The position numbers and the translations under genes are program-made. Shown in pieces: positions 33,814-34,532 of a stretch of DNA of 34,532 nt (position 1 is the first letter of the stretch; each line of letters begins with the position of its first letter). The stretch is from Thermodesulfobacteriota bacterium (GTDB lineage: Bacteria; Desulfobacterota; Desulfobacteria; Desulfobacterales; Desulfosudaceae), in contig JBMORB010000003.1 of assembly GCA_049320925.1 (NCBI GenBank), positions 1-34,532 on the forward strand, given 5' to 3'. Under the pieces are notes generated by a model, which did not search any database, was not told the origin of the DNA, and saw only the letters and a program-made list of their open reading frames with translations.

Positions 33814-34532
33814 GTGAAGGTACACCTCACCAGCCTGGGTTGCGCCAAGAACCAGGTGGACAGCGAACTCATGCTGGGATCTTTTGCCGGCCGGGGATTT
33901 ACCCTGTGCGAGGATCCCGCGGACGCCGACGTCCTGGTGGTCAACACCTGCGCCTTTATCGAGGACGCGGTCAACGAGGCGGTGGACACCATTCTGACCC
34001 TGGCCCGGCTCAAACAGATTGGCCGCTGCCGCCGCCTGATCGTGTGCGGCTGCCTGCCGGAGCGTTACCGGAAGGAACTGGCCGGGGCGCTTCCCGAGGT
34101 GGACTTTTTTTTCGGCACCGGCGCCTATGACCGGGTGATCGAAGCAGTGGCCGGAAAAAGCAAAACCCGAACCCGGTGCGTTCTGCCCGCGCCGGCCACC
34201 ATGCCCCTGCACAATGCCGGCGATCCCAGGGTCTGCGCCACGCCCCATACCGTGTACATCAAAATCGCCGAAGGGTGTAACCGGCGCTGCACCTACTGCA
34301 TCATTCCCCGGCTGCGGGGCCGCCAGCGCAGCCGCCGGGCGGCCGACATCCTGGCCGAGGCCCGTCGCCTGATCACCGCCGGGGCAAAGGAGCTTGTGCT
34401 GGTGGCCCAGGAGACCACGGCCTACGGCGCGGACCTTTCACCCGCGGTTTCCCTCGCGTCGCTTCTGGCCGCTCTTTCCGACGCCGCGGGTGACACCTGG
34501 ATCCGGGTCCTCTACATGCATCCGAACTCCTT
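33814..34532 (+). CDS. rimO: Ribosomal protein S12 methylthiotransferase (partial, runs off the window)
   Basis: Not in the ORF track. GTG start 1 nt after the crotonase stop; MKVHLTSLGCAKNQVDSE, VNTCAFIEDA, CGCLPERY, radical-SAM motif YIKIAEGCNRRCTYCIIPRLRG. Confidence 0.93.
   Translation, partial: MKVHLTSLGCAKNQVDSELMLGSFAGRGFTLCEDPADADVLVVNTCAFIEDAVNEAVDTILTLARLKQIGRCRRLIVCGCLPERYRKELAGALPEVDFFFGTGAYDRVIEAVAGKSKTRTRCVLPAPATMPLHNAGDPRVCATPHTVYIKIAEGCNRRCTYCIIPRLRGRQRSRRAADILAEARRLITAGAKELVLVAQETTAYGADLSPAVSLASLLAALSDAAGDTWIRVLYMHPNS

Overview
GC-rich, gene-dense chromosomal window; gene content (core-MetE, sirC-ccsA-hemA, CFI-box-like C-terminal motif, acyl-CoA enzymes) suggests an anaerobic Desulfobacterales-type deltaproteobacterium (inference). 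No rRNA, tRNA, CRISPR array or intact mobile element was seen. The left 14 kb is the most interesting part. A divergent locus has, on the minus strand, mlaE - a MlaF-like ABC subunit with all catalytic motifs degenerate - mlaD - a large pseudokinase/AAA/TPR/GAF signalling protein (partial, missed by the ORF track). On the plus strand it has a CHASE2 adenylate cyclase - TPR-SpoIID/LytB peptidoglycan hydrolase - LPP20 protein - TPR/SLH lipoprotein - FecR-domain protein. Together this is a candidate envelope-sensing cAMP system. Next come a nitroreductase / ferredoxin-fused acyl-CoA ligase / acyl-CoA dehydrogenase operon, panC (perfect sigma70 promoter, probable ATC start codon), a secreted LVIVD-repeat protein, ssb, tatA, a MesB-like methionine synthase, a MoxR-VWA pair, the hemA operon, apbE, a crotonase and partial rimO. 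Two families of period-6 intergenic repeats each occur twice.
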